Source: a virus. From it: a stretch of DNA of 64,000 nucleotides. The notes beneath the pieces were generated by a model, which saw only the letters and a list, made by a program, of their open reading frames with translations, was not told the DNA's origin and did no database searches. Every line of letters starts with the position of its first letter. The first letter of the stretch is position 1. Positions 45,113 to 54,523 of this stretch are shown here, piece after piece. The position numbers were made by a program, and so were the translations under genes. The stretch lies in the IMG/VR virus record IMGVR_UViG_3300031746_000001. One strand, written 5' to 3'.

Positions 45113-45591
45113 GGTATTTTCTGCTCCCCTGGCGCATCGGCATGCCGTTTAAGTTCACAAGTCCAAAACATGTGGTCACCCGTCCCCCAGTAGAACTCCG
45201 TCGGTGTGACCTTCACAATATCATACTTCGTAAATAAGGGCTGTGGTGTATTCCAAACTAACAGGATATCTCCCCGCTTCGGAAGAGGCCAGCTATTGTC
45301 CTCAATGCTCTTCCGGGGCAGGTGGGCGAGCGCATCGATCTCCCCGATCCCTCCAACCTCGTTCTCCTCCCACGACCAGGTCGGCACTTCAAGATTCCCG
45401 ATGATGTCGTAGGGTCCGGCAAAGACGAAGTCGGACTCCGTCGTGGGCTCCTGATACAGCGGGTCCTGAATCGAGGCCGCCCGATTGATCGAATAGAAGG
45501 AGATATGAAACCCGCTGAGGGCGGGAACCTCCTGGGCGACACCGTCGAACATCCTCCGATCACGTGGATTTTCAAAGAATCTATCGGCCAT
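45109..45591 (-). CDS. Head closure / neck protein (T4 gp14-like)
   Basis: Start MADRFF; E...LSG..I.FYSI......DPLYQE...PKRGDI...YDIV pattern. Confidence 0.65.
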   Translation of the reverse strand: MADRFFENPRDRRMFDGVAQEVPALSGFHISFYSINRAASIQDPLYQEPTTESDFVFAGPYDIIGNLEVPTWSWEENEVGGIGEIDALAHLPRKSIEDNSWPLPKRGDILLVWNTPQPLFTKYDIVKVTPTEFYWGTGDHMFWTCELKRHADAPGEQKIP

Positions 45592-46171
45592 GTGAAAGCA
45601 GTTCCAGGATGTGCTCGAGGTGGCTGTCAATCCCCACAGTGAAGTAAGGGCTGTCGATCGGCTTCAGGTGAACGGGGTCATCGTAAGACTGCTCCTTATC
45701 CTGCCGGATGGTCTCCCACTCCCCCGTCCCTTGAGCCTTCTCAACCTGCACGAGATAGGCGACATCGTTCAGCATCCCGAGGACCCGATTGAACTGCTCC
45801 GTGGAGGTCTCATCGGAGAGCTCCCGGGCGATCTCCAACATATCCTTCTTCGGAACGTAGTAGCGGTATCGCTTCTTGTCTGCCCGCTGAACTTCAAAGA
45901 ACGGATCGCCCGAGTCGGGCTCGATCAAACGGACGCTGAACGAATCCTCGGTCTTGAGGTGATCCCCGACTTCCTTCTGCCCACTCGCCCGTTTCTTGAG
46001 GGTCTCAATTCCCTTCGCCTTGTCGAACCGGAAATCATCGAGAAAGCTCTTAGTGAACCGCTGGCTGGGAAACCAGTATTGAGTGAGCCCGCCGTCTTTG
46101 TCCTGCAGGACGACGAACCAGCCCTTGCTGTCCGACCCGACTTCGTGAAGAGTGAGCCCTTCGGGATCCAC
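45581..46171 (-). CDS. Hypothetical protein
   Basis: 196 aa, coupled on the coding strand. Confidence 0.6.
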   Translation of the reverse strand: MDPEGLTLHEVGSDSKGWFVVLQDKDGGLTQYWFPSQRFTKSFLDDFRFDKAKGIETLKKRASGQKEVGDHLKTEDSFSVRLIEPDSGDPFFEVQRADKKRYRYYVPKKDMLEIARELSDETSTEQFNRVLGMLNDVAYLVQVEKAQGTGEWETIRQDKEQSYDDPVHLKPIDSPYFTVGIDSHLEHILELLSHGR

Positions 46172-46684
46172 TCATTTCCCCCGCTTCTCGTAGGATTCGT
46201 AGGAGATCGCTTCCAGGTTGGAATTCCCCCGAATGAACCGCTCGGCCTCAAAGCCAGTCATGATAACGGCGTCCTCGGGATCCTCCGTATAGTTACCCGG
46301 CCCCTTCGGGGTAAGCCACAGGCCCCGCCCGATCAGCCGAACCATATACTCATCCTGACCACGAAGGCGATTCCCAAAGGCATCCCTCGTCACGAGGTTC
46401 TCGAGCTTCTCATCATCCGTCACCCTCATGGCGTGGGGACGCTGTTTGATCGTGTCCAGAACCCCGAGCGTGTCGTCCACGATCTTCCTGAGATTGTCCA
46501 ACCCTAATCCTCCTCCCCCTCTACGAAACCGAACCGTGAAACCGATCCCTTGTAGATCATCATCTGCGGGCGTGTGTCCTGCTTCATCTGCCTTGTCGAC
46601 AAACCGAACAGCAGGGGCGGGGAGCTTGGCCGGGGTTTCTAGGAGCTCTCGAAGGGAGGTGAGAGCTGGAGCAATGGAACCCAT
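46172..46684 (-). CDS. Hypothetical protein
   Basis: Probable start MGSIAPALTSLRELLE (leader-like helix). Confidence 0.55.
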   Translation of the reverse strand: MGSIAPALTSLRELLETPAKLPAPAVRFVDKADEAGHTPADDDLQGIGFTVRFRRGGGGLGLDNLRKIVDDTLGVLDTIKQRPHAMRVTDDEKLENLVTRDAFGNRLRGQDEYMVRLIGRGLWLTPKGPGNYTEDPEDAVIMTGFEAERFIRGNSNLEAISYESYEKRGK

Positions 46685-46711
46685 GAAGAAGACCCCCCGC
46701 CCCAAAACTGT

Positions 46712-47056
46712 TTAGGTGATCGTAAGGTAGAAGCCCGTCATGACCAGGATGGCGATCACGAAGGACATCGTACCGGCGTAGGCATCGAGCCCCACCGTCG
46801 CGATATCACCCTGAGCCGCGATGACGGCGTCCAGGTACGTCTTGAGGGCGCCCGTCACGGTGGCGTCGATCGCCACCACGAGAGCGGCCATGTTCGCCAC
46901 GGCAACCGTGGTGTCCGGAGCCAGGTACTGCTTGACAGCCGGAACGAGATCGCCGAGACGGAAGTCCAGCGTCTCCTGCCCCACGTGGACGGCCTGGTAG
47001 GCTCCGCCTGGGGCGTATTTGCCACCGATCTGACCCTGCACTACTGTGAACGTCAT
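46712..47056 (-). CDS. Hypothetical Ala/Val/Thr-rich protein, probably structural
   Basis: Strong AAGGAGG RBS and strongly GC3-biased codons like the MCP and sheath genes. Confidence 0.65.
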   Translation of the reverse strand: MTFTVVQGQIGGKYAPGGAYQAVHVGQETLDFRLGDLVPAVKQYLAPDTTVAVANMAALVVAIDATVTGALKTYLDAVIAAQGDIATVGLDAYAGTMSFVIAILVMTGFYLTIT

Positions 47057-47080
47057 TTCATCCTCCTTTTGGTTAAGTGA

Positions 47081-47794
47081 CTACCCCGTTAAAAACGGGA
47101 TTTGTGAAGCCCTACTCAGGCTATCCTCTTCGGTCTCCTTGAGTTCTTCAGAGGATTCTTCCAACAACCTGTCGGCGTCCATCTCGACTGGACCGCCTGG
47201 CCCAGGGTACTGCTTATACTTCCCCCTGATCCTTCCGAGCATCTGCTTACATCGCGCTGTCACCCTCCGAGCGTAGAGATCAATATCTGCGGCCGCTTGA
47301 AGGTCCTCGATCTTCGTTGCCAGGATCCAGGCGTCGTAAAACAACGTGCCGATCGTCTGTGGGAGCTTCCAGGTCCGCAGAATCCTGGTCCCGGGGTCAT
47401 ACTCCCATCCGGTGCCTCCGGCGATCCGCCCGAGCGTCTCGGAGTGCTGAAGGTAGAGAACGAGAGCGGAAAACCGATGCCCCAACCTCCGGTAGTCGTG
47501 CCCGACCTGCCAGAGAACGAATCCCGGGAGATCGAACGAGAACTGACCGAGGTAATCCAAACCCGCATAGACGTTGCTCACCCCGATCGTCCCACTCGGC
47601 AGGGTATGCTCCTCATACGCCCAGTTCCCGACCGGGATTTCCAGAGACAGAACCTCCGATCCCAGCCTCGTGTTGAACCACCGCAGGGCATCCCTCAAAG
47701 CCGCCTGCCAGTGTTCCTCCTCGAGCTCGACGGCGACCTTCGTCCCGAACCCGAGCTTGGCGAATACTTCCTGCTTGAGCTCGGCCTCGGTCAT
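47081..47794 (-). CDS. Neck / head-tail adaptor protein (T4 gp13-like)
   Basis: LG...VAVEL......A..DAL..F N-terminus; A.CK.MLGRIRGKY...PGPGG.VEMDAD.L..E...E...P..TG C-terminus. Confidence 0.8.
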   Translation of the reverse strand: MTEAELKQEVFAKLGFGTKVAVELEEEHWQAALRDALRWFNTRLGSEVLSLEIPVGNWAYEEHTLPSGTIGVSNVYAGLDYLGQFSFDLPGFVLWQVGHDYRRLGHRFSALVLYLQHSETLGRIAGGTGWEYDPGTRILRTWKLPQTIGTLFYDAWILATKIEDLQAAADIDLYARRVTARCKQMLGRIRGKYKQYPGPGGPVEMDADRLLEESSEELKETEEDSLSRASQIPFLTG

Positions 47795-47815
47795 CTCTGC
47801 TGGCGCCAGCGGAGG

Positions 47816-48472
47816 TTAAACATACGCCGTACCCCGCCCGCCTTTCTTGCTGTGTGTCTTGGAGGCCACCTGGACGGGCTTCGTCCCGGGTTTGTCCGGC
47901 TTGACCGGGGAACCCGCCTTCTGACCGGGTTTGGGAGGCACGGGAGCCTCTTTCTTACCCCCCTGGGCTTCACCAGGGGCTTCTGGTGGGGTTTTGGCCC
48001 CCGACCCGGCCTCCGACCCCTCCGTCCCGGCCTTCCCCTCCTTTGGGGGCTTTCCCCCCTCAGCCTTCGGCGCCTCCGGAGCATGCGTGTGGAGTGGCGT
48101 TTCCACGGCCTCGGTCATCGCTGACTGTAGGCCATCCCCGACCCCTAAAACGACTTCCTGCGGAGGTTCGGACGCAGGCGACATGGCGGGAGCCGGAGTT
48201 ACCGGAGGCGCAGGCTGAGGTATAGGCGACGCCCCAGAGGAGCCTATCCCTTCGACAGGTCCAGGAACCGGCTCGTCGGATGCCGGAACCTGTTGCACAG
48301 GAGGTGGAGGTGCCGACAAGGGATTGCCGGAGGCGTCGCATTCTATCAAACGGTCATCCGGAGGGATCGCATAGATCGCCCAGTGGTCGCCTTCGATGAC
48401 CATGCCGGAGGAGAACATATTCCCCCCGCAGGAGATCTGGCCGTATTTTGAATTCTTCTTCCAGTATCTCAT
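47816..48472 (-). CDS. Pro/Ala/Gly-rich, largely disordered protein
   Basis: Short globular N-terminus followed by about 160 aa of low complexity and a basic tail. Confidence 0.65.
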   Translation of the reverse strand: MRYWKKNSKYGQISCGGNMFSSGMVIEGDHWAIYAIPPDDRLIECDASGNPLSAPPPPVQQVPASDEPVPGPVEGIGSSGASPIPQPAPPVTPAPAMSPASEPPQEVVLGVGDGLQSAMTEAVETPLHTHAPEAPKAEGGKPPKEGKAGTEGSEAGSGAKTPPEAPGEAQGGKKEAPVPPKPGQKAGSPVKPDKPGTKPVQVASKTHSKKGGRGTAYV

Positions 48473-48475
48473 CCC

Positions 48476-48793
48476 CTAAACCCTTTCTATCACGTCGGGA
48501 AGAATGTCTTTCACGGCATCGGCAATCGCCTGGATGTCGGATCGTGGAATCTTCTCCGCGACCCGATCCCCGATCCGTCTCGACTTTCCACGGAGCTCGT
48601 CCACGCCCTCGAGATGATAGCCGATCCCCGAGGCGATCCATATCTTCACGGAGTCGGGAGAGGCGAGCCACCGCAAGATAGAGTTAATATCCACGGCACT
48701 CTGGACCGGATTCTCCTTCACGGGATACCCCAGAAACCTTGCCCCTCCGACCATCTGATCGATCGAAGTTACTGCCAAGAGAAGTTCATTCAT
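48476..48793 (-). CDS. Leader-bearing small protein
   Basis: MNELLLAVTSI; GGAGG RBS. Confidence 0.7.
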   Translation of the reverse strand: MNELLLAVTSIDQMVGGARFLGYPVKENPVQSAVDINSILRWLASPDSVKIWIASGIGYHLEGVDELRGKSRRIGDRVAEKIPRSDIQAIADAVKDILPDVIERV

Positions 48794-48801
48794 AAGTCCT
48801 C

Positions 48802-49077
48802 CTATGCCGTCATTGAGGCCCGAACAAGGTCCAGAAGCAGGGACTGGTTATTCGCCAGATCATGGAGCTTCTGCCGAGTCCCTTCCAGGTACTGCACGTC
48901 TATAAGTGCTACCAACCGATGGGATAATTTCACGCTCACCTTCTGATCAACCCCGGCGAACCTGAGATCGTTGGAAATGCCTCCCGAAAGCATCCCCACG
49001 ATGTTGTGAAAGTCTATTCCCCGAAGGTAGTGCTCGACCTTCTGAACAACCCTTGCTTCCTCCGGTGTCATGTCCAT
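48802..49077 (-). CDS. Hypothetical small protein
   Basis: 91 aa, GAGGG RBS; no clear leader. Confidence 0.6.
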   Translation of the reverse strand: MDMTPEEARVVQKVEHYLRGIDFHNIVGMLSGGISNDLRFAGVDQKVSVKLSHRLVALIDVQYLEGTRQKLHDLANNQSLLLDLVRASMTA

Positions 49078-49086
49078 AGCACCCTC

Positions 49087-49494
49087 TCATTGGGATTTGC
49101 TCCGAAACAGCTTCTTGATCTGAGCGTCGGTGTAGTGCTTGACCTTATACATCGCGAGGTCATCGAGGGCCCCGTTGATCGAATGGTAGTTCTCGTTCTC
49201 GAGGATCTCCCACACCCGCTCCGAAAGGGAGCTAGGCTTAACCCCGAGCCTCCTAACGGCAACCTCTACGTTCTCCTTATAACCGTCCCAGTCCCCCCAG
49301 GGCCCCGAGGCGTCGTCCCAACCCTTGCTCCGCCAGATGTCCTCGTCGATCTTCATGAGCTCGGTCGCCAGCTTCTTGTCCCGCTGTGGCGTATCCTTCA
49401 GCCGGGCGTAAAACGGAGACTCCCCGAGGTCGTCCGTTGTGCGGACGCTTAGGAGCCCAGCAAGGGACCGAATCGCTTCAAGCAGGGTTCTCAT
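49087..49494 (-). CDS. Leader-bearing small protein
   Basis: MRTLLEAIRSLAGLLSVR. Confidence 0.7.
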   Translation of the reverse strand: MRTLLEAIRSLAGLLSVRTTDDLGESPFYARLKDTPQRDKKLATELMKIDEDIWRSKGWDDASGPWGDWDGYKENVEVAVRRLGVKPSSLSERVWEILENENYHSINGALDDLAMYKVKHYTDAQIKKLFRSKSQ

Positions 49495-49497
49495 GGT

Positions 49498-49938
49498 CTA
49501 CATGAAGAACTTCGTGAACTCGGGATCCTCGAGGGCGTTCGTATAGGCTCCCTCTTCCTCCGAGATCCGGCGAACTTCCTTCGGGTTGATCGCCTGCTTC
49601 TTGATGATCTGGATGGCCTGCTCTTTGGTCATGTTCTCGTCTTCCAGCATGTCACCGATGTGCCTGGCATCTCTGAAGTCCCCGTAGAGGACGATCGCCA
49701 GGTCAGAGTAACCCTTCTGCCGGAGGGCTTCGATCCACGCATCGGCGAGCTCTGGGTTCGTGGCGAGGGCCGAGTGACCCCAGAAGCCGAACCCTCCCGA
49801 GATGTAACGGCCAGCCCGCAGGAACTCCTTCGTGGAGAGCTTGTTCTTGATGTCCCAGATCGACCTCTCCCGAGCGTCAAAGAGCTCCTCCCCGCACATC
49901 GAAGCCAGAAGCTGAACGGCTCGAGTTTCCTTTTTCAT
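49498..49938 (-). CDS. Leader-bearing small protein (CGE subclass)
   Basis: MKKETRAVQLLASMCGEELFDAR. Confidence 0.7.
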   Translation of the reverse strand: MKKETRAVQLLASMCGEELFDARERSIWDIKNKLSTKEFLRAGRYISGGFGFWGHSALATNPELADAWIEALRQKGYSDLAIVLYGDFRDARHIGDMLEDENMTKEQAIQIIKKQAINPKEVRRISEEEGAYTNALEDPEFTKFFM

Positions 49939-49939
49939 G

Positions 49940-51085
49940 TCAGTCCTCCTTGTGGTGCGGTTTGTCGCCCCGGCTTTTCATCCAGTAGGAGTTATGCGAG
50001 AAAACCCCTGCGGATATGGCGAACGTATGAATTCCCTTAACAGCGACATCATACATCGGAATGATGGTATCGAGAAAATCGATCTTAACTATAAAGTGGT
50101 TCTGAGCCTCTCGAGCTTCCCGGGCCCTTCGCTTTCCTTCGCCGACCTTTTTCCCATGATCCGAACCATAGTTTCTCCGAAGATTTGCCTGCCTAATCTT
50201 CTCTATCGCATCCGCAGACTGAGAAGTTCCGAACGGACGACCGCCAAGCAAACCACTCCTGTAAGACTGATCCCTGAGAAGTCCCGACCGACGTTCTCGC
50301 TCTTCGGGAGACATTTCGGCCCATTGCTTCAACGTAGTCTCTTTGGACTTTTTCGTATGCAACCTTCTGAATTCCGGGTCCGATCTCCACTTTTTATCCC
50401 ACGCTAACCGCATCGCCTGAACCTTGTCCTTTCCATGATGCTTATTATGGAAATCCCGCAACATCCAAACTAAGTTTTCAGGGCGGTTATCTCGAGGGTC
50501 TTCATTGAGATGGTGCCCGACATGCTCGGCGGAGGGACAGCCTAAACCCATCTCCCGCATTACAGCCCAATGCGTAAGGCCATAGCACCCGAGGCCGGGA
50601 TGGTAAACCATCTCATGCCCCACAATTCCACGAGCCATTCTTGATTTTGACACACTGCTTGTCGTCCTGAATGGCATCAGAGAATCATCTACGTTCAGAG
50701 CCTTCGTTTCGACGAAAGACCCATCACGTTTGACCCAGCGGTGCTCCGGAGAACAGGTTAGAATCTCACCGTTATCAAGCGCAATTTCCACGGCAGGACG
50801 CACCCCGACATACTTTACCCGGGCAAGACCGGGAACGACTATCCCTGTCGGGTCAACGGAGTAAAGCCAGAACTCGGCATTAGCCTCTGCAAGTGCATGC
50901 AGTGACCTGATTTTTCCGTCCAAACATGGAACCTCCGTATCACCTCCTAGACACAAAGCGAAGGGGTTGTCGATGTCCTTGTGCTTCTTCATCGCCCGGA
51001 CGGTCCCGCCCCAGCCCGGGGGAGACACGTTCACGAGCTTGAAGCTCTGCGAGAGATCGACGACGGCGGTCAATAATTCCTTCAT
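49940..51085 (-). CDS. Leader-bearing 60-aa protein interrupted by an intein
   Basis: N-extein MKELLTAVVDL...VSPPGWGGTVRAMKKHKDIDNPFAL (44 aa); C-extein SYWMKSRGDKPHHKED (16 aa). Confidence 0.85.
   Translation of the reverse strand: MKELLTAVVDLSQSFKLVNVSPPGWGGTVRAMKKHKDIDNPFALCLGGDTEVPCLDGKIRSLHALAEANAEFWLYSVDPTGIVVPGLARVKYVGVRPAVEIALDNGEILTCSPEHRWVKRDGSFVETKALNVDDSLMPFRTTSSVSKSRMARGIVGHEMVYHPGLGCYGLTHWAVMREMGLGCPSAEHVGHHLNEDPRDNRPENLVWMLRDFHNKHHGKDKVQAMRLAWDKKWRSDPEFRRLHTKKSKETTLKQWAEMSPEERERRSGLLRDQSYRSGLLGGRPFGTSQSADAIEKIRQANLRRNYGSDHGKKVGEGKRRAREAREAQNHFIVKIDFLDTIIPMYDVAVKGIHTFAISAGVFSHNSYWMKSRGDKPHHKED
49991..50953 (-). mobile_element. Intein with HNH endonuclease
   Basis: Begins CLGGDTEVPCLDG; block B LDNGEILTCSPEHRW; HNH motif HHLNEDPRDNRPENL......HNKHH; ends MYDVAV.GIHTFAISAGVFSHN followed by +1 Ser. 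Confidence 0.93.
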
Positions 51086-51094
51086 GATATCCTC

Positions 51095-51724
51095 CTACGC
51101 GGCCTTCAGCCCAACCTGCCGGGCGTATTCTTTCCAGGTATCCCCGTCCACCAGAATGTCGGCCACATCGTTGTTGGCAATCATGTCCCCGTACTCGTCC
51201 TGCAGGGTCCCGAGCATCTCTTCCACGATCCCCTGGATGAACTCCGTCAGGTCGGCCCCGCCGAGGAACGGAGGGACGCAGGAGTAGCCCCGGGTCGAGA
51301 AGGCGATGCTCACAGGAGAACGACGATCGTTCAGTGCTTTCTGGACCTCTGGATCGTTCGGGTCTGCCCCGGCCTCCTTGAGAAAGAGCCTGACGTCCTT
51401 GACCACTGCGTTCTTGAGCACGAGGCGCTCGGGCCTGAAGTAGTAGTCCGGGCTGTCTCCCTCGGGATCCTTCCAGCTCATCTTCGGGCTCACCCAGAGG
51501 ACATCCTCACATTGGATCCCGTAATCCGACAGGCGGCTCCGGAAGTGCGCCTTCAGGTTGCGATCGAAGTCCCCGTAGACCCGATCTCTGCGGAAGAGCT
51601 CCATCATCATGAACTGCGTGGACAGCTCGAGGTCCTGAAAATCCTTCTCCCGGTTGGGATCGAGATAGAGCCCCAGGAAGATCCCGCTGGTTAAGGTATT
51701 CACAGCTTCGAGCAAGTCCCTCAC
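51095..51724 (-). CDS. Leader-bearing protein
   Basis: MRDLLEAVNTLTSG; GTGA overlap. Confidence 0.7.
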   Translation of the reverse strand: MRDLLEAVNTLTSGIFLGLYLDPNREKDFQDLELSTQFMMMELFRRDRVYGDFDRNLKAHFRSRLSDYGIQCEDVLWVSPKMSWKDPEGDSPDYYFRPERLVLKNAVVKDVRLFLKEAGADPNDPEVQKALNDRRSPVSIAFSTRGYSCVPPFLGGADLTEFIQGIVEEMLGTLQDEYGDMIANNDVADILVDGDTWKEYARQVGLKAA

Positions 51725-52092
51725 GGCTCCCTTAAGCCAAAGGGGTCTTCCTCTGCGAGATCACGGACGACCTCCTGCAATTTATCCGTAATCAATCCCA
51801 TGCCCTTCTGGATGTCGGAATTGTCCCGCAGGTACTGAAAGAGCACGTCCACGACCTGTGCAACGACTTTGGAATCTCCGGAATGCCCGACCGCATCCTT
51901 GATGAACTTCAGCACGTACTCGGACAGCTTCTCGGGGTCGCCCAAGACTCCCCCGTTCGCCACCTGAAGGGCAGTCTTCTGAAGGACAGCGGGATCCACG
52001 CCTTTGTAGCCCAAGACCCTGGTCCCTGTGGACAAGATCGGTTCCCCGCACAACTCGGCAAGGATTAAAACGGCTTTATTCTCTTGGCTCAT
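51721..52092 (-). CDS. Leader-bearing small protein (CGE subclass)
   Basis: True start MSQENKAVLILAELCGE at 52092, after AAAGGA. Confidence 0.7.
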   Translation of the reverse strand: MSQENKAVLILAELCGEPILSTGTRVLGYKGVDPAVLQKTALQVANGGVLGDPEKLSEYVLKFIKDAVGHSGDSKVVAQVVDVLFQYLRDNSDIQKGMGLITDKLQEVVRDLAEEDPFGLREP

Positions 52093-52093
52093 G

Positions 52094-52591
52094 CTATCCT
52101 TTCTCGCCCACGGCGGTGTAGATCGCCTCGTAGACCGCATCCGCATCGTCCCGGTCTTTGGCGGCATATTCAAAAGCCCCGACGATGATATTATAGGCCT
52201 TCGATCCATCCGAAAGGGTCTCCTCCACATACTGCAGGTTCGGCTTGCCCCGATCGTCCATCAGGGTCTTCATGAGAACCTTCGTGTTCCTAAGACCACT
52301 CTCCAACGGCTTCCCCTCCCGAGAGCTCCCCATCGGCCAACCCCTCCTCTCGAGGATCTGTGCAATCTCGGAAGTGACATCTCGGCCCTTCAGAGCCTTC
52401 TGCCGGAGCCGAACAAAGTCCCAGGCTATCTCATTGGAGACCTTCCCTTCTTTCTTGAAATGGTCTGCCATCTCGGAATCCGAGGACGCCTCATCGTTGA
52501 CCAGGATGGCGGCGACCCAATTTACTAAATCGTCCGAGGGCTTCACCGCGGCCTCGAGCTCCTGCAGGGCTTTGATTACTTGGCTTCTCAT
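52094..52591 (-). CDS. Small protein with leader-like helix
   Basis: Probable start MRSQVIKALQEL (52591; 52597 is an alternative). Confidence 0.65.
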   Translation of the reverse strand: MRSQVIKALQELEAAVKPSDDLVNWVAAILVNDEASSDSEMADHFKKEGKVSNEIAWDFVRLRQKALKGRDVTSEIAQILERRGWPMGSSREGKPLESGLRNTKVLMKTLMDDRGKPNLQYVEETLSDGSKAYNIIVGAFEYAAKDRDDADAVYEAIYTAVGEKG

Positions 52592-52598
52592 GGTCATC

Positions 52599-52949
52599 CT
52601 AAGCCCAGTCCCGGTTCTCGAGGTTCTCCTGTGACTTCTTCGCTTCGAAATACATCTCGCTAGCGGCACCAGCGGCCGTGCGGAGAGACTGCACGACCTT
52701 CTTGATCTCCTGGGTATACTTGGGATCGAACTGCTTGATGGCATACTCCACGTTCCCGGCCAGCTCGTTCAGGAACTGCTCGGCGGCTTTCCCCCACCTC
52801 ATCGTCTCCTTGAGCTTATCCATGTCATCGTCTGACATGAAAATCGCATCGGGGTCGCGGGCGGCCATCAGCCTATCCCCGATCTCCGTCCCGTCGTCCT
52901 CCCCACATAGGACACCCAGCCAGTCCACCGCTTGCTTGAGATTGTCCAT
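52599..52949 (-). CDS. Leader-bearing small protein (CGE subclass)
   Basis: True start MDNLKQAVDWLGVLCGE at 52949 (TGATG overlap). Confidence 0.7.
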   Translation of the reverse strand: MDNLKQAVDWLGVLCGEDDGTEIGDRLMAARDPDAIFMSDDDMDKLKETMRWGKAAEQFLNELAGNVEYAIKQFDPKYTQEIKKVVQSLRTAAGAASEMYFEAKKSQENLENRDWA

Positions 52950-53902
52950 CACTTCTTCCCCCATTCTCTTGCGAGAGCATGCCACACTTCATCGACGGCA
53001 TCCTGGATGGACCGAAGGGCGTTGCCGAGCTCCCCGGAAGCCGACGTCCTTCCCCCCATCGTCTCTTCGAATGCGTCTCCGGCTATCCGGGCCAAATCCT
53101 TCGGGTTACTCTTGTTGATCATCCGGGCCTTCTCATCGATCTCCGGCCACACCTTCTCCTTGATCACAGAGAGGATATCCTGCCGGAGATCGCCGGGCTT
53201 AACGGCCCCCGTCATCAGCCCGGCGAGGGTGTAGAGCTCTTCCTTGTGGGTAGCCGTCGGGTCCTCCCCGGCGTTGGTAAGCTTCTCGGCCATGACCCGG
53301 CCCCGCTTGTCGTAGCCCCAGATCTTCAGGTAGTTCCGGGCCGAGTCCGCCAGCTCTTTGTAATCCTTCCCCTGATCGCTGTTCACCCCGTAGATGTCGA
53401 CCTGCTTCTCGAGGGCGTAGATAAAGGCATACATCTTCTCCGGCTTCCCGATCTTCGTGATGCGGGTCCTGAGAGCTGGGATGCTCATGGTTTCGATCCG
53501 CATGAACTCGTGGTCGACCTCCCGGTAGGATGGGCTCTCGAGATCGCCGGTGGGACCCACCTTCGAGTAGATACCTTCGACCCCGGCGGCCCTCATCCCC
53601 CCGTGCTTCCTCGAGTAGGTGATGAAGTCGGTGTCAATGGCCTCGTTCCCGTGATCGCTCACCATCCAGACGCTCGGCCAGAACTTGTTCTTATTCATCC
53701 AGCCCAGGATTTCCTTGTAGAACTTGTCCCAGTCATCCCCGTCTAAGGTAGCGATTTCCTTCTGACTCTGATAGGCCGCAGTTCCGCCACCCCGCTCGTC
53801 CTGGATGAAGACATCTTCCTCGTCGGGCTCCAAGTCGTCCTCAAACCTCGAGAGGACGAGAACCTTGCGGAGCGAATCTAAGGATTCCAAAAGGGTATTC
53901 AT
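52949..53902 (-). CDS. Leader-bearing multi-segment protein
   Basis: True start MNTLLESLDSL at 53902 after AGGAGG; contains FWPSVWMVSDHGN and helical C-terminal segments. Confidence 0.7.
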   Translation of the reverse strand: MNTLLESLDSLRKVLVLSRFEDDLEPDEEDVFIQDERGGGTAAYQSQKEIATLDGDDWDKFYKEILGWMNKNKFWPSVWMVSDHGNEAIDTDFITYSRKHGGMRAAGVEGIYSKVGPTGDLESPSYREVDHEFMRIETMSIPALRTRITKIGKPEKMYAFIYALEKQVDIYGVNSDQGKDYKELADSARNYLKIWGYDKRGRVMAEKLTNAGEDPTATHKEELYTLAGLMTGAVKPGDLRQDILSVIKEKVWPEIDEKARMINKSNPKDLARIAGDAFEETMGGRTSASGELGNALRSIQDAVDEVWHALAREWGKK

Positions 53903-53909
53903 GATCCTC

Positions 53910-54263
53910 CTATCGGGATAACGCCTTTTTCTGGTAATACTCGGCCTTCTTCGAGAACTGATTCCACATGGCCTCCATGTTCCGCCCGAGGCTTTCGATA
54001 TCCGCCAAGACCTTCTTTGCCAGGGGATCGTTGTCCCACGCCCACCACAGGATTCCCGCAACCTCCGGAGCGGCGTCTCCCCCGATATCTTTGAAGAGTA
54101 TCTCGCTGAAGTAGCCCTCCATCATCCAATCCTTGAACCGACGAGCCTCCTCAGTAAAGGTTGCCAGCTCCCTCTGGATCTCCGGGATGGAATGATCGTC
54201 ACCCCGGGCGGAGACCACCAGACCACGATCGATGCCCTGTGTAGCTTCCAGAAGGGCTCTCAC
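53910..54263 (-). CDS. Leader-bearing small protein
   Basis: GTG start at 54263 (GTGA overlap): MRALLEATQGIDRGLVVSAR. Confidence 0.7.
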   Translation of the reverse strand: MRALLEATQGIDRGLVVSARGDDHSIPEIQRELATFTEEARRFKDWMMEGYFSEILFKDIGGDAAPEVAGILWWAWDNDPLAKKVLADIESLGRNMEAMWNQFSKKAEYYQKKALSR

Positions 54264-54523
54264 ACCTTCCTCCCCAAGTCCCCGTTGATCTGACCGATCA
54301 GCCTCGACGTGATCCGGGTGTGCTTGTCCTCGTCGGCGAAGTTCTCGATCATGTCGCCGTAGGGATCGATCTTCTCGAGTTGGTTGAGAAGCTTGTCGAT
54401 CTGGACGAGGAGGTCCCTGCACTTCTCGGCCCGGGCGGCGAAGTCTCCCCGCAACGTATCCGTTGACCGGGCGGAGACCAGTCCCGTCTCGACGGCCTGC
54501 ATAGCTTCTAGTAAGGTTCTCAT
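54260..54523 (-). CDS. Leader-bearing small protein
   Basis: MRTLLEAMQAVETGLVSAR. Confidence 0.7.
   Translation of the reverse strand: MRTLLEAMQAVETGLVSARSTDTLRGDFAARAEKCRDLLVQIDKLLNQLEKIDPYGDMIENFADEDKHTRITSRLIGQINGDLGRKV

Noticed and set aside
49498-52949. Lipoprotein signal peptides in the CGE-subclass proteins
   Set aside because: No uninterrupted hydrophobic h-region, and the residues before Cys do not fit a lipobox.
44484-54422. Long N-terminal extensions in the ORF track (e.g. starts at 45179, 52230, 52744, 54061, 54422)
   Set aside because: They overlap upstream genes; downstream starts with an RBS or stop-start overlap, and with the shared leader, fit better.
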